Origin: an uncultured Bacillota bacterium | Lineage (GTDB): Bacteria > Bacillota > DTU084 | DNA: 52,835 bases | Direction: 5' to 3' | Assembly (NCBI GenBank): GCA_937888735.1 | Contig: CALASN010000008.1 | Coordinates: 1-52,835 of the forward strand | In this document: positions 1-9,882 of the stretch, piece by piece | How positions within the stretch are numbered: the stretch's first letter is position 1 | How the letters are laid out: each line of letters begins with the position of its first letter | Notes under the pieces: model-generated | Database searches by the model: none | The model's input: the letters and a program-made list of their open reading frames with translations, nothing else | Told to the model about the DNA's origin: nothing | Made by a program: the position numbers and the translations under genes

Positions 1-35
1 GACGGTGAGGCTAAATTTTTTCATCAGACAGACCT

Positions 36-55
36 ACAGTTACTTGACGCGACCT
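36..55 (+). repeat. 20-bp direct repeat, copy 1 (ACAGTTACTTGACGCGACCT); possible IS terminus or att-like site
   Basis: Identical 20-mer at 37790-37809; the match is 22/23 when extended to 33-55 vs 37787-37809. Confidence 0.85.
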
Positions 56-70
56 ATTTTGAGAAGAAAT

Positions 71-99
71 TTAACTTTGTGAACAAAAAATGCTATAAT
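71..99 (+). promoter_or_regulatory. Sigma-A-type promoter with extended -10
   Basis: TTAACT-17 bp-TATAAT with TG at 91-92 (TGCTATAAT), upstream of RBS GAGGTG at 133-138. Confidence 0.6.
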
Positions 100-146
100 A
101 TATAGCAAATATAGATGGCTAGCTTTCAAAACGAGGTGAATTGAGG

Positions 147-905
147 ATGACCGGAATCACCAGATTATGTTTTGAGCGTATAGAGCCATATCAATTATCT
201 GAAAGCCAATATGATTTGCTTGACCTGTCGGACATCAGGAGCACATATTGTCTTTGTGACCAGAAAACTCTGGGCTTAATTGGCAAAAGGCTGAGGCGGA
301 GAAAACACAAGGGGATCGCTTTGCTGGGCAGCGGCAATTACCACTATGTGACTTATCTTCTGCTGTCCGAACTTACCTGTCCTTTCTCCCTGGTCTTGTT
401 CGATCACCATCCTGATATGCTTCCGGCCCCCAGCCGTGAGGTGATCTCTTGCGGTTCTTGGGCTCTGGAGGCCATAGAGAAACTGCCGCTGTTGAAAAAA
501 GTCATAATCATTGGTGTGAAAAAAGAGCTGACAGCTGCCATCCCCGCAAAATACCGCAGGAAAATCTCCATCTTCCCTGAAGGCTGGCGCTGGGAAGACG
601 AAAAACTGCTATCTGTCATTCCCACAAGCGGCGTCTACTTGAGCATTGATAAGGATGTGCTCTCGGAGACGGATGCAGTCACGGACTGGGATCAGGGTAC
701 GATGAAGCTTTCTCAGCTGCTTGCTCTGGTCCGGCGCACTGCCGCGGAAAAGCTGATGTACGGCCTGGATCTTTGCGGGGAGTGGCCGGCGTCCGATCTG
801 CGGAAAAAAGGAGCCGCGCGCATGAACGCACAAGCAGACCACAAAGTGATCGCACTAGCGCTTTCTCTTTGGCGCAAGAGGCGGCATTTTGGCGCGGCAT
901 CATAA
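147..905 (+). CDS. Arginase/ureohydrolase-family protein
   Basis: Motifs GSGNYHY, FDHHPD, SCGSW, YLSIDKDVL, WDQG; ATG 147 is better spaced from the RBS than TTG 141. Confidence 0.8.
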   Translation: MTGITRLCFERIEPYQLSESQYDLLDLSDIRSTYCLCDQKTLGLIGKRLRRRKHKGIALLGSGNYHYVTYLLLSELTCPFSLVLFDHHPDMLPAPSREVISCGSWALEAIEKLPLLKKVIIIGVKKELTAAIPAKYRRKISIFPEGWRWEDEKLLSVIPTSGVYLSIDKDVLSETDAVTDWDQGTMKLSQLLALVRRTAAEKLMYGLDLCGEWPASDLRKKGAARMNAQADHKVIALALSLWRKRRHFGAAS

Positions 906-926
906 TTAGCAATTGAGGTGCAATAC

Positions 927-1766
927 ATGATAAACGAAGAGATGCAGCCTTTTTTGAAATGGGCGGGCGGAAAGCGGCAGTTGTTACCTAAGATACGGAG
1001 ATATGTTCCTAAACAATACAACACTTATTATGAACCGTTCGTCGGCGCAGGCGCCGTTCTTTTTTACCTTCAACCCCAAAAAGCGGTAATCAACGATATA
1101 AACGCCGAATTGATAAACGTTTATACTGTGGTGAGGGATAACTTTGACCAATTGCTTCCCGATTTGAAAACACATAAAAACGAGCGCGAATACTTTTATG
1201 CTATTCGCGCTCTGGACAGGGAACCGGAATACAGGGACCTTTCGGCCACCAAAAAGGCTTCGCGGCTCATCTATTTGAACAAGACTTGTTTTAACGGCCT
1301 TTACCGGGTGAACGGCAAGGGAAATTTCAATGTTCCTTTCGGAAGAAACAAAAACACTAAAATCGTCAATGAACCTGTGCTGCGAGCAGTGCACACTTAT
1401 CTGGTCTCAAATGACGTTACTATTTTAAATGTTGACTTTGCCGCAGCTGTCTCCGGCGCCGGAGAAGGCGATTTCGTCTATTTTGACCCGCCGTATGATC
1501 CGTTGTCCGACACCTCTTCTTTCACCAGTTACAGCAAAGGCGGGTTCGATAGGGAAGAGCAATTGAGATTGAGAGATCTCTGCGTTGAACTGGACAGGCG
1601 GGGCTGCAAGTTCCTTTTGAGCAACTCCGCCACAGATTTCATCATCTCAAGTTACGCGGAACGAGGCTTTACGGTTGAAAAAGTATCCGCGGTCAGAAAT
1701 ATAAACTCGGTGGCTGCAAAGCGAGGGAAGATCTCGGAAGTTCTGGTGAGAAATTATGACCCATAG
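927..1766 (+). CDS. dam: Dam/DpnM-type (D12 class) N6-adenine DNA methyltransferase
   Basis: PFLKWAGGK, YEPFVGAGAV (SAM binding), FNGLYRVN, FNVPFG, DPPY catalytic motif; RBS GAGGTG precedes ATG 927. Confidence 0.92.
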   Translation: MINEEMQPFLKWAGGKRQLLPKIRRYVPKQYNTYYEPFVGAGAVLFYLQPQKAVINDINAELINVYTVVRDNFDQLLPDLKTHKNEREYFYAIRALDREPEYRDLSATKKASRLIYLNKTCFNGLYRVNGKGNFNVPFGRNKNTKIVNEPVLRAVHTYLVSNDVTILNVDFAAAVSGAGEGDFVYFDPPYDPLSDTSSFTSYSKGGFDREEQLRLRDLCVELDRRGCKFLLSNSATDFIISSYAERGFTVEKVSAVRNINSVAAKRGKISEVLVRNYDP

Positions 1767-3068
1767 AAGCGCTTCCCGCTTTCTTTCTCAAATCATCTGT
1801 CAAAAGCAGATAACAGCCTGCAGTCCAGTTATAATCCCTGATGGCGATGATTTTATGCGCCAAATATTGTCCTGAAACCGGGCCTTTGCGGTCGCACTGC
1901 GCAGGCGATACCTCAGCGCGGCTGTCGAAGTATTCAAACAGCACTCTGGACCTGCCATACCACTTTTCAACCTCACGCACAATAAGACCGCCGATCTCAG
2001 ATGCAAGCTCTCTATAGCCATACCGCTCAAGCCCCAAAACGATCATATATGTCCAATTGAGCCAGCTTGGCCCTCGCCACATATCCGTGCCATATGACTT
2101 ATCATCCAACGAAATAGAGGGCACTGGCACTGGGGATGCAAACTCCCCGGGGTCTGTAAGATGCTCTACCAAGGGGGCAGCTTGCTGTGCGGTGCAAGTA
2201 CCGGCAAACAAAGGAGCAAACCCGGCGCAACTTTTCAGAGAACTGAACTTTCCGTCCAGGAGCCGATCATAGAAGAATCCCGTATCCGGATCATAAAGGT
2301 ACTGAGAGATTTTCGCGCCCAGATTCAGGCCGCGCAGGTGAAACCGCTCCGCCTGGTGGGGAATGAATCCGTCCGCTTGGGCCTGAGAGAGGATAGCCCA
2401 AAGCTCCTCTTGGACCATCCGGCCGACATACAAATTCCAGGCTAAGGCATGAAAAGCGGAATCCCACAGCCACATCTCCCTGTGCGGAATGCGATCAGGC
2501 GTGGTTCAGCGGCAGGGAAGCCAACCGGCAGTCTGCTCCACATTAACCCGCAGTATTGACCAAGCTTTTTGGGCGACGGCTTCGCAGAGGGGCACCTGTT
2601 GATAGAACTTTCTGCGATTCTGCCAAACAGCTTCCCAGTCTTCAGTGGACACAGCCGGCGCTTAAGCTGCCGCGTCTTTTTCATCTTCTCCAGCAGCCAG
2701 CATAAACCAAACTGCGCCCTGCCTGAAAGCATAGCCGGATTTTTGCCCGGCGAGACTCACATGAAAGCTGCCCGGAATCTTTCCTGCCCATAGATCATGG
2801 GCGAGGGAACCGAAACAAAAAGCTTCCCCGCGGTATGTTCTCTCTACCAAATCTCCCGTTGCCAGCTGGAATTGACACTCTGAAGCCGAAATGAGTTCAT
2901 CTTCAGCGTGAAAATCAAGTTGCGCTTTAGCCGGCAATTGCACGCAAATACCCAGATGCTGCGCGGTAAAGCCCACCAAAGTTTCTTCCCACATAGCAAA
3001 ATTCTCTCTGCAATACTGAAAAACGGCCCTGTGAAACAAAGCCAGTTAATATCCGGAAGAGTATCCAC
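1693..3068 (-). pseudogene. GH63/MGH1-like (alpha/alpha)6 glycoside hydrolase pseudogene
   Basis: MWLWDSAFHA and WRGPSW motifs. The frame from 3039 runs through TAA (2662-2664) and TGA (2506-2508) into TTPDRIPHREMWLWDS. There is a frameshift near the 5' end and an apparent internal deletion after GFIPH. Confidence 0.75.
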
Positions 3069-3143
3069 CTTTTCTAACTGACTATTTTACAGGGCCCACT
3101 TTAGCATTATCAACAGTTCTCTTTATGGAGCGACAAGATAACT

Positions 3144-4184
3144 TCAAAGGAAGACCGCACTAACAGGTTCCTGATACCTTAAGACAAATGCCAATAACTC
3201 AGATAAAGAACAAATGGCCAAGCAGCAGTACTTATCAGCACCTCCATAGTAGACATATAATTTATCGCCAACTACTACACTACCAGTAGGAAAAACAACG
3301 CCATTATAAAACCCTTCAAATTCGTAGTAATGTTCAGGCTCCATAATGAAATCCTTTGCTCTAGCAACAACTTGTGAAGGATTATGCAAATCAAGAAGCA
3401 TCACGCCCACTCGGTAAAGCTTATCCTTTCCAACACTATGATAGAGCGTAAGCCAACCTTGAGGCGTTTTTATGGGTGGAGCGGCGCCGCCGATCTTCTC
3501 TTCCCAGGGTGTACTTCCGCCTGTGGCTAAGAGCTGACTGTCTGACCACGTCAAAAGATCATCAGAATAGGAAATCCAGATTGCCGGATGAGCGGTGCCA
3601 TATTTCTCACCGACCCATTGCATAGGACGATGAAGCATGACATACTTATCGTCAACTTTCTCAGGGAAAAGAATTACATCCCTATCATCCACGTTAGCGG
3701 GGGTAATTCGACCTAAGCGACGAAAATTATGAAAATCACGCGTCATAGCAAGACCAGAACAAGTTAAATTTTTACTTATGCAAAGCGGCGCCTGCGGATC
3801 GATATCTGTTAAATCGTAAGCAACCACTTCTGAAGGATTTTTCTCCCAATATTTCCCAGGAGGTAAGGCGCGAAAAGCATAAGTCAGATAATAGTCCTGA
3901 TTGAATTTTACAATCCTGGCATCTTCAATGCAACCTGCATCGGGGCCATCCGCGCTAGGACCAAAGACTGGATCTGCGCTCAGTCGCTTAAAAACTACAC
4001 CGTCTTTACTGGCAGCAAGGCCAAAATTTATTTTGTGTTCATCATCAAAACCAGCAGCTCGATATAATAGATAAAAAGTGCCATTTTCATACCAAGCTCC
4101 CGGATTACAGGTGCTCGCCGCTTCCCAGCTGTTTTCTTTCAGAGGTGAAAGAATGGGATTGGCCGTTGATTTCATTAATTTCAT
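3144..4184 (-). CDS. GH130 family glycoside phosphorylase/glycosidase (beta-mannoside-type)
   Basis: Motifs CNPGA, LLYRA, IEDARI, DRDVILFPEK, EKIGGAAPP, VVFPTG, YYGGAD. Confidence 0.9.
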   Translation of the reverse strand: MKLMKSTANPILSPLKENSWEAASTCNPGAWYENGTFYLLYRAAGFDDEHKINFGLAASKDGVVFKRLSADPVFGPSADGPDAGCIEDARIVKFNQDYYLTYAFRALPPGKYWEKNPSEVVAYDLTDIDPQAPLCISKNLTCSGLAMTRDFHNFRRLGRITPANVDDRDVILFPEKVDDKYVMLHRPMQWVGEKYGTAHPAIWISYSDDLLTWSDSQLLATGGSTPWEEKIGGAAPPIKTPQGWLTLYHSVGKDKLYRVGVMLLDLHNPSQVVARAKDFIMEPEHYYEFEGFYNGVVFPTGSVVVGDKLYVYYGGADKYCCLAICSLSELLAFVLRYQEPVSAVFL

Positions 4185-4297
4185 ATATATTACCTCTCAG
4201 TCTAGGTCATGTTAGATTGTTTTGTAAAACATCGCTAGGAAATCTCAGCTAGCGGTAGTTAAATGTCAAGGCTGCCAAGAATTAAACTCGCCTCTAA

Positions 4298-6628
4298 TCA
4301 AAAGTTAAAGCTATAATACAACATAAAATAATTAGGATACGCTTGATTGCGATAACCTTCTTTTACGCGGTGAGCAACCCACCAATAATTCCAATCCTCC
4401 CATCTCTTTCCAGTAAGTGGATTTTCCTTTTTCATAAATTCGGCTACCTCATAGCGGGCATAACGTCCCCAATTAGGATCGGAATTGTCCCAATAACCAT
4501 AACTGATCACAAAGCTGCCACGAGGAAGACCGATTTGATATTGTCCGCTGGTAACCGCCATTGCCGCGTCAGGATAATAGGTGGTTCTTACTGTCAGAGA
4601 GCTATTACCGCTGCCGCCCAGTTGAAAACGAAAAGAATTATCGAGAGCAGGCGTTACGTAACCAGTCGGCAGGCTCGGATCATCGGGACCTTTGGCAGCG
4701 ATCAGCGAAATCTCCTGGCTAAAGCGTGAACCCGCCCAGGGAATTGATAATTTACTGTAGCCGATCAGGCTGCTGCCATCGATTACAGCGGGAAGTGAGC
4801 TTTTTTGTTTCCAAAATTGTCCGCCCAAAGTCAAATTACAAGCCATTGAGCCAACGGAAATTTTACTGTCGCGTTTGGCATAAAGCTCCAGCTGGCGATA
4901 ATCATAAGGTACCTGGAAAACAGCGTCATACCCCCGCTCGAGCAACCCGAAATCATAATTACCTTGACGCATGTCTACAGCCACGCCCAAAAGCGTACCT
5001 TTATTTGTACGTCCGTCCATACCACTAGTTAAGCGAAAACCGCTGCCTTCACCTTGTCCCTGGTCCGATAGAAAACGGGATCTTAAATCCAACTTTGTAT
5101 TCCACGCGATCTGACTGGAAAGCCGGTGCTGCCAAGTAACCGTTAACCCGCGAAGCCAGGAGGTCATCTCTGTGTCATATTGACGATTCACCCCTTGAAA
5201 TGAAAGCAAATCTTTTCTAGAACAAACTATCAATAAATTTGTCGAAAATTGGTTATAGTCATCTCTGCTGAATAAATCAAGTTCTTGATCCCATTCCGCG
5301 ACCCGTCGCTTAGGATCTAGCCAGCTGGTGGAGAGCGCCTTTGTCGTCAAAAGAGCGGGTTTATCGCCAACAGAGCCGGAAGCGCTCAAAATCAAATTCT
5401 GAAATCTCCGTCCCAAATAATGACTTACATCGCTGAGCTGCTTTGAAGCTTCCGCCGTATCCATGTATGAAAAATCTGTATCTACATCTTGATTTTGTCC
5501 TCGCCCGAAATAAGCGTACGCTTGCTTTGGATCTTTGGCCAGAACCCATTGATAATCCGGATCCACCACATAGAAATTAGCGCTGACAGAAAGAGGGCCT
5601 ATGCTCTCATCTTCTAAATTTATGCCAAGGGCGTTGCCACCAATCCGACCTAAATTCAAAACCGTTGTCAGTTCATCGTTCGTTTTACGATAAAGCTGCC
5701 AATTTGCCGCGCTGGTTGAACCGGCTAAAATCAGCTTCCCTTGTTTTAATCTTCCTTGCCAATTAAATTCTAAAGCATCCTTACTAAAAGCTAGGGCTGC
5801 GTTATCTCCATCATATTTTTGTACCCTTTGGGCGCCTTGATCATTCTCATTAATCGCGAATCCGGGATTGGCCACATATTTCCGGCCTAGATATAGGCCC
5901 CAGCGATCTGAACTCTGTAATAACCTGGTTCCTTCAATTGCTCCAACAATATATGATGCCCTGCCTTCTCTAGCACCAGTGAAAGACCCTACTTTGGGTC
6001 CTAATCCGCTGGCGCCAGTGGCTAACTGCCTAGCTTCCAGCGGTATAGTTTCAGTGTAAGAAACGTAATCATTCCCTTCAGTCTGAAAGGCATTAAGCAA
6101 CAGGTTTAGCCTAGAAGAGGGTTTGCCCTCAATTTTTAACCCAAGATCAGGTTGTCCTGTCCAAAATGAAGTACGATTTGTCGCTCTAAAATTCCCCAGA
6201 AGTCCCTTAGGGATAAAGTTAGGGCTCTGACTGAGCGTAGCCTTAAATCTGTCGCCACCGGCCTTAAACAGCATCGTGCTGTCCCACTTTTCATTGTATA
6301 GACGAAAAGTACGCTTATTCCCTCCGGGATAATCATAGCCGGCAAAGCGAAGCCTCAAAGGCGCCACGAAATACAGAGTTCCTCCAGAACTTCCACCTTC
6401 AATTCTCAAATTGATTCTATTGCTCCAAATCGATGGCGAGCTGGAAAAAATCCGCTCCTCCCAAGGGTAAGCATTGTCTCTAGCGGGATCATATTTAGCA
6501 GCATCTAAAATAATTGAGCTGTCTAAGGAGCCATAATATCGAATCGGTATCCCTAAAGCATGATTGGCTTGGCAGAGAAAGCCAAAGATAATCAGCGCCA
6601 AGGATAGACGCGAATATTCCTTACCCAT
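4298..6628 (-). CDS. Secreted 776-aa protein, putative outer-membrane beta-barrel (paralog of 6644-8956)
   Basis: N-terminal signal peptide, amphipathic beta-strand patterns, C-terminus YFMLYYSFNF; shares motifs with its neighbour. Confidence 0.6.
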   Translation of the reverse strand: MGKEYSRLSLALIIFGFLCQANHALGIPIRYYGSLDSSIILDAAKYDPARDNAYPWEERIFSSSPSIWSNRINLRIEGGSSGGTLYFVAPLRLRFAGYDYPGGNKRTFRLYNEKWDSTMLFKAGGDRFKATLSQSPNFIPKGLLGNFRATNRTSFWTGQPDLGLKIEGKPSSRLNLLLNAFQTEGNDYVSYTETIPLEARQLATGASGLGPKVGSFTGAREGRASYIVGAIEGTRLLQSSDRWGLYLGRKYVANPGFAINENDQGAQRVQKYDGDNAALAFSKDALEFNWQGRLKQGKLILAGSTSAANWQLYRKTNDELTTVLNLGRIGGNALGINLEDESIGPLSVSANFYVVDPDYQWVLAKDPKQAYAYFGRGQNQDVDTDFSYMDTAEASKQLSDVSHYLGRRFQNLILSASGSVGDKPALLTTKALSTSWLDPKRRVAEWDQELDLFSRDDYNQFSTNLLIVCSRKDLLSFQGVNRQYDTEMTSWLRGLTVTWQHRLSSQIAWNTKLDLRSRFLSDQGQGEGSGFRLTSGMDGRTNKGTLLGVAVDMRQGNYDFGLLERGYDAVFQVPYDYRQLELYAKRDSKISVGSMACNLTLGGQFWKQKSSLPAVIDGSSLIGYSKLSIPWAGSRFSQEISLIAAKGPDDPSLPTGYVTPALDNSFRFQLGGSGNSSLTVRTTYYPDAAMAVTSGQYQIGLPRGSFVISYGYWDNSDPNWGRYARYEVAEFMKKENPLTGKRWEDWNYWWVAHRVKEGYRNQAYPNYFMLYYSFNF

Positions 6629-6643
6629 ACTCGCTACCCCCTA

Positions 6644-8956
6644 TTAAAAGCTATACCAATAACGCAAGACAACTAAATTTTGCGCCGTGGTTTCACTGCC
6701 TCGTGCAAGGTTTAAATTACGCCAGTCCTGCCAAGGCTTCCCCGCAATCTCAGGATCAAGCAAAGCTTCCTGCCGGCAATACTGACCTGGCAGCACATAG
6801 GGAGTTTCGGTGAATTCCCATAACGTTCCTTTGCCTACTGTTATGCTCCAGTTCCCAAATCCTGACCCGCCTGTGATGGCGGCATATACGTTTTCTTTAT
6901 TCAGCGGGCGCCTGGTGTATCCAACTTTCAACTTACAATTGCCATCTCCCCAAGGCGAGATGAGCAATTCATTATGCCAGGTGCTTCTGAGATAGTTGCT
7001 GGGAAAGTGCTTTCCATTCGGTCCAGATACGCCCAACAAAAGCGTTTCATGGCGGATAAACTTAGTCCAAGGATAACTTACTTTTACCATGCCGACTACG
7101 CTGGTGCCTAACCCTGCGGCCAATGGCGTCGCGTTAGCGTGGCCTCTGAGGCAAGTGAATTCACTTGCCAGGTCGATGTTTACCTGGCCGCGGGCAGTAT
7201 TCCAATTCAATGGCTTCTCTACAAAAAAGCTTAACCTTCCGACATTGTAAGGGAGATCAAATACGTGATCTGCTGTTTCAAACAACAAATCTTTTTCGTA
7301 AGTTCCTTGACGCAAATCCAGGTCGCTTTGGAGCACAGAACCCCCTTTGGTGATCCCTGTCACTTTCCAAGCAAAGCGATTCAGATAGCCTGCGTCCCTG
7401 TAGTGGCTTTCAGGTACCGTTGCATAATCCTGGAAACTCCGCAGGCGGTCATACTTCTCTACCCTAAACTCAGATGATAAGGTCTCGCTCAACGGTCTTA
7501 ACCATTGAATTTGTATCTGGCGCAAGCGGTCCCAATCGGCGAGATAATCACGATCAAGAAGCCTAGTGGCGATAATATCTCCACTTTCTGGCAATAATGT
7601 GACTTTAGCGCCGACTTCTCTAAAATCCTTAATCCTGTCGTCGCCAGTTCGTGGATCATAATCCATTTCCCTTGGCTGGTCAATGCTGTTATGCTCTTGT
7701 CCGGTCAATTGCAGATTACCATATAAACCGCCGATTTGCCCTGGAATGGCTATCTCAGCCTCTGTCGAGCGCATCCCTAAATACGTCAACAAACGAGAAG
7801 GTACCTCTTGCTGGCTGTATCTGCCCATGGGATCTGGCAGTGCTCTGCAGAGAAGCGTGGTTTCCGGGTCATCAACTACCCGGTTAAACCAACCGTAAGC
7901 ATAATTTTCATCTCGAGCGGCCACAGCCTGAAAGCCAGGCTCAATCGCTCGATAAAGAAAATTAAGCGATGCAGGACCAAGAGCCAAATCTCTCACAGAT
8001 ATTTGGCCAGCGCCGCCGCTTGTCTTGCCAATTGCCTCCCACTGCGATGTCGAACCGCTAGTCCCTGCGTAATGGCTCCAATCGCCTTGGCTTTCCAAGA
8101 AACTTGCGCTGATTTCAACTCCGGAAGCAAGCGTTCTTTTTAGATTTAAACCATAGTTTTCTTTCTCAATTCGCAGGCCTTCCTTTGAAACGGATTCCTG
8201 ATCTGTGGCTGTGGAGTAGAACTGCGGGTTATCAACTTGTTTTTTGCCGAAATTGACCGCTACTTGCCAACCGGCCAGGGGCTCCTGAATTTCAAAAAAG
8301 GTATAGTCAGCCATCTCACCGCGATAAGGATATGAGCCGATTTTTTCCCCTGGCGCCACTTCATAATCTGCTACTGTCTGAGGTAATAATTCTCTTACCG
8401 GCAAATAGGCAACGGGCTGATCCCAAATTTTGTAAGCCGCCAGCTTAGTCTTCCCCCAGGCTCCATGCAGTTTGGTCGTTAGTAAAGGTTGATCTGAGTT
8501 GAGAGCAGAAAAGGCGCCTAAGCCATCGTCAAAGCTAAAGAAAGCATAATCCGGATCGTCCCCAACTTTGCGATTGGCTAGTCCCGCGACTAATGGATTA
8601 CCTTTGGCAACAAAGTAGTAGTTACTACCGAAAAACTGTCGCCAATTATCAGGGCTCACCTCGCTGCCCGTAAGGTATTGACCCAGATTATTACCTATCT
8701 GGAGGGTGCTAAGGTTCAACAAGAAAGGAAAATACGCCCTAATTTGTTCTGTAGAATCGTCGCTTTTCATTATGAGCCCGAGCTTGGTGGAAGCGGGAAA
8801 ATAAACGTCGGGATTGGCGATAATTGAACCTATAGAACTTTTTTCAAAAGTAATATCAGTTGCCAATGTCCCTTCCAAAACTAGTTTTGCCATAATTTGT
8901 TGAGCGGGTAAAATGAAAAGCGCTAACAAAAAAATCACGAGCAATTTAAATTTCAT
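6644..8956 (-). CDS. Secreted 770-aa protein, putative outer-membrane beta-barrel (paralog of 4298-6628)
   Basis: Signal peptide MKFKLLVIFLLALFILPAQQIMA, C-terminus LVVLRYWYSF, RBS GAGGTGG. Confidence 0.6.
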   Translation of the reverse strand: MKFKLLVIFLLALFILPAQQIMAKLVLEGTLATDITFEKSSIGSIIANPDVYFPASTKLGLIMKSDDSTEQIRAYFPFLLNLSTLQIGNNLGQYLTGSEVSPDNWRQFFGSNYYFVAKGNPLVAGLANRKVGDDPDYAFFSFDDGLGAFSALNSDQPLLTTKLHGAWGKTKLAAYKIWDQPVAYLPVRELLPQTVADYEVAPGEKIGSYPYRGEMADYTFFEIQEPLAGWQVAVNFGKKQVDNPQFYSTATDQESVSKEGLRIEKENYGLNLKRTLASGVEISASFLESQGDWSHYAGTSGSTSQWEAIGKTSGGAGQISVRDLALGPASLNFLYRAIEPGFQAVAARDENYAYGWFNRVVDDPETTLLCRALPDPMGRYSQQEVPSRLLTYLGMRSTEAEIAIPGQIGGLYGNLQLTGQEHNSIDQPREMDYDPRTGDDRIKDFREVGAKVTLLPESGDIIATRLLDRDYLADWDRLRQIQIQWLRPLSETLSSEFRVEKYDRLRSFQDYATVPESHYRDAGYLNRFAWKVTGITKGGSVLQSDLDLRQGTYEKDLLFETADHVFDLPYNVGRLSFFVEKPLNWNTARGQVNIDLASEFTCLRGHANATPLAAGLGTSVVGMVKVSYPWTKFIRHETLLLGVSGPNGKHFPSNYLRSTWHNELLISPWGDGNCKLKVGYTRRPLNKENVYAAITGGSGFGNWSITVGKGTLWEFTETPYVLPGQYCRQEALLDPEIAGKPWQDWRNLNLARGSETTAQNLVVLRYWYSF

Positions 8957-8972
8957 TTCTTCCCACCTCTCT

Positions 8973-9863
8973 CTATAACTGCCAGCTAGTGCTCAGATAA
9001 TGCGTAGCTCCAATGCTGTGAATCCTATATGCATAATCAAACTCCAAAGAACCAACCTTGGCACCTAAGCCCGCAATTAAGGCAGCCGGTTCGTTTAGTC
9101 GCATTTGGCTTCTTCCCACTCTCAAGCTAAACCCCGGACGAAAGACAAATTCCAAGCCTCCGCCTAAACTCAACCCCCTAGCATTGCTTTCAGGAGGACT
9201 GTAAGAGATTAATTGAACTTGAGCGCGAATGCCATTTCCTTTCCACGCCAAGCCGGCCTGCCACTGGGGCTTTACCTCCATTTCCCCGGAGAGTCTCTGG
9301 TTTTTCCTCACAATACCTATTTGCCAATTACCACTGCGGGAGACAAGGGCGAGATCTGCCAGCAAAACTTTGCTCAAAAGTCTCTCTCCATCAAACTCTG
9401 TTGCCATCGCGACCTGTTTTAATATTCCGCCCACAGCTAAATTTGGCCGGACGGCTAACCCCGCGGAAAAACCAAACCAAGTTGTTTGCCATGGGTTATC
9501 GATCAGCTGGCCTAGCTGTTGTTCCTGCAAACTAATACCATCGCGGATGTAAAAACCGCCGAGATGATAAGAACTCATGCCGGGCAGAACAAACCCAATT
9601 TGCTGTTCTTGCCAATTGCTTAACCCAAACTTATGATCCTGACTGAACATTAGCCCTGCAGCATCCATATTGAAAGCGAGATCTGCCGGATTCCAATAAA
9701 CGCTGCTCAGATCGCCTCCTCCAGCTGCAAGCCCACCAAGAGTTAATCCCCGCGCGCCGAATCCCGACTCTCCCAAATATGCCTCCCTGCCAGCAGCAGG
9801 GGAGCGCAGAAAGCAGACCAGAAACAGACAGCTTAATAGCCAGCAGAATGAGCGACTTCTCAT
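8973..9863 (-). CDS. PorV/PorQ-family-like (FadL-like) outer-membrane barrel protein
   Basis: Signal peptide followed by GARGLTLGG...SVYWNPA; C-terminal FDYAY...GATHYLS; ATG 9863 follows RBS AAAGGAGG. Confidence 0.72.
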   Translation of the reverse strand: MRSRSFCWLLSCLFLVCFLRSPAAGREAYLGESGFGARGLTLGGLAAGGGDLSSVYWNPADLAFNMDAAGLMFSQDHKFGLSNWQEQQIGFVLPGMSSYHLGGFYIRDGISLQEQQLGQLIDNPWQTTWFGFSAGLAVRPNLAVGGILKQVAMATEFDGERLLSKVLLADLALVSRSGNWQIGIVRKNQRLSGEMEVKPQWQAGLAWKGNGIRAQVQLISYSPPESNARGLSLGGGLEFVFRPGFSLRVGRSQMRLNEPAALIAGLGAKVGSLEFDYAYRIHSIGATHYLSTSWQL

Positions 9864-9882
9864 CTGGGATCCTCCTTTCAAA

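Noticed and set aside
2506-2508. In-frame TGA as selenocysteine or Trp recoding
   Set aside because: It accompanies a TAA, a frameshift and a deletion; TGA is a normal stop elsewhere here
4298-8956. SusC/SusD pair
   Set aside because: No TonB-dependent plug motifs and no SusD lipoprotein signal; the two genes resemble each other instead
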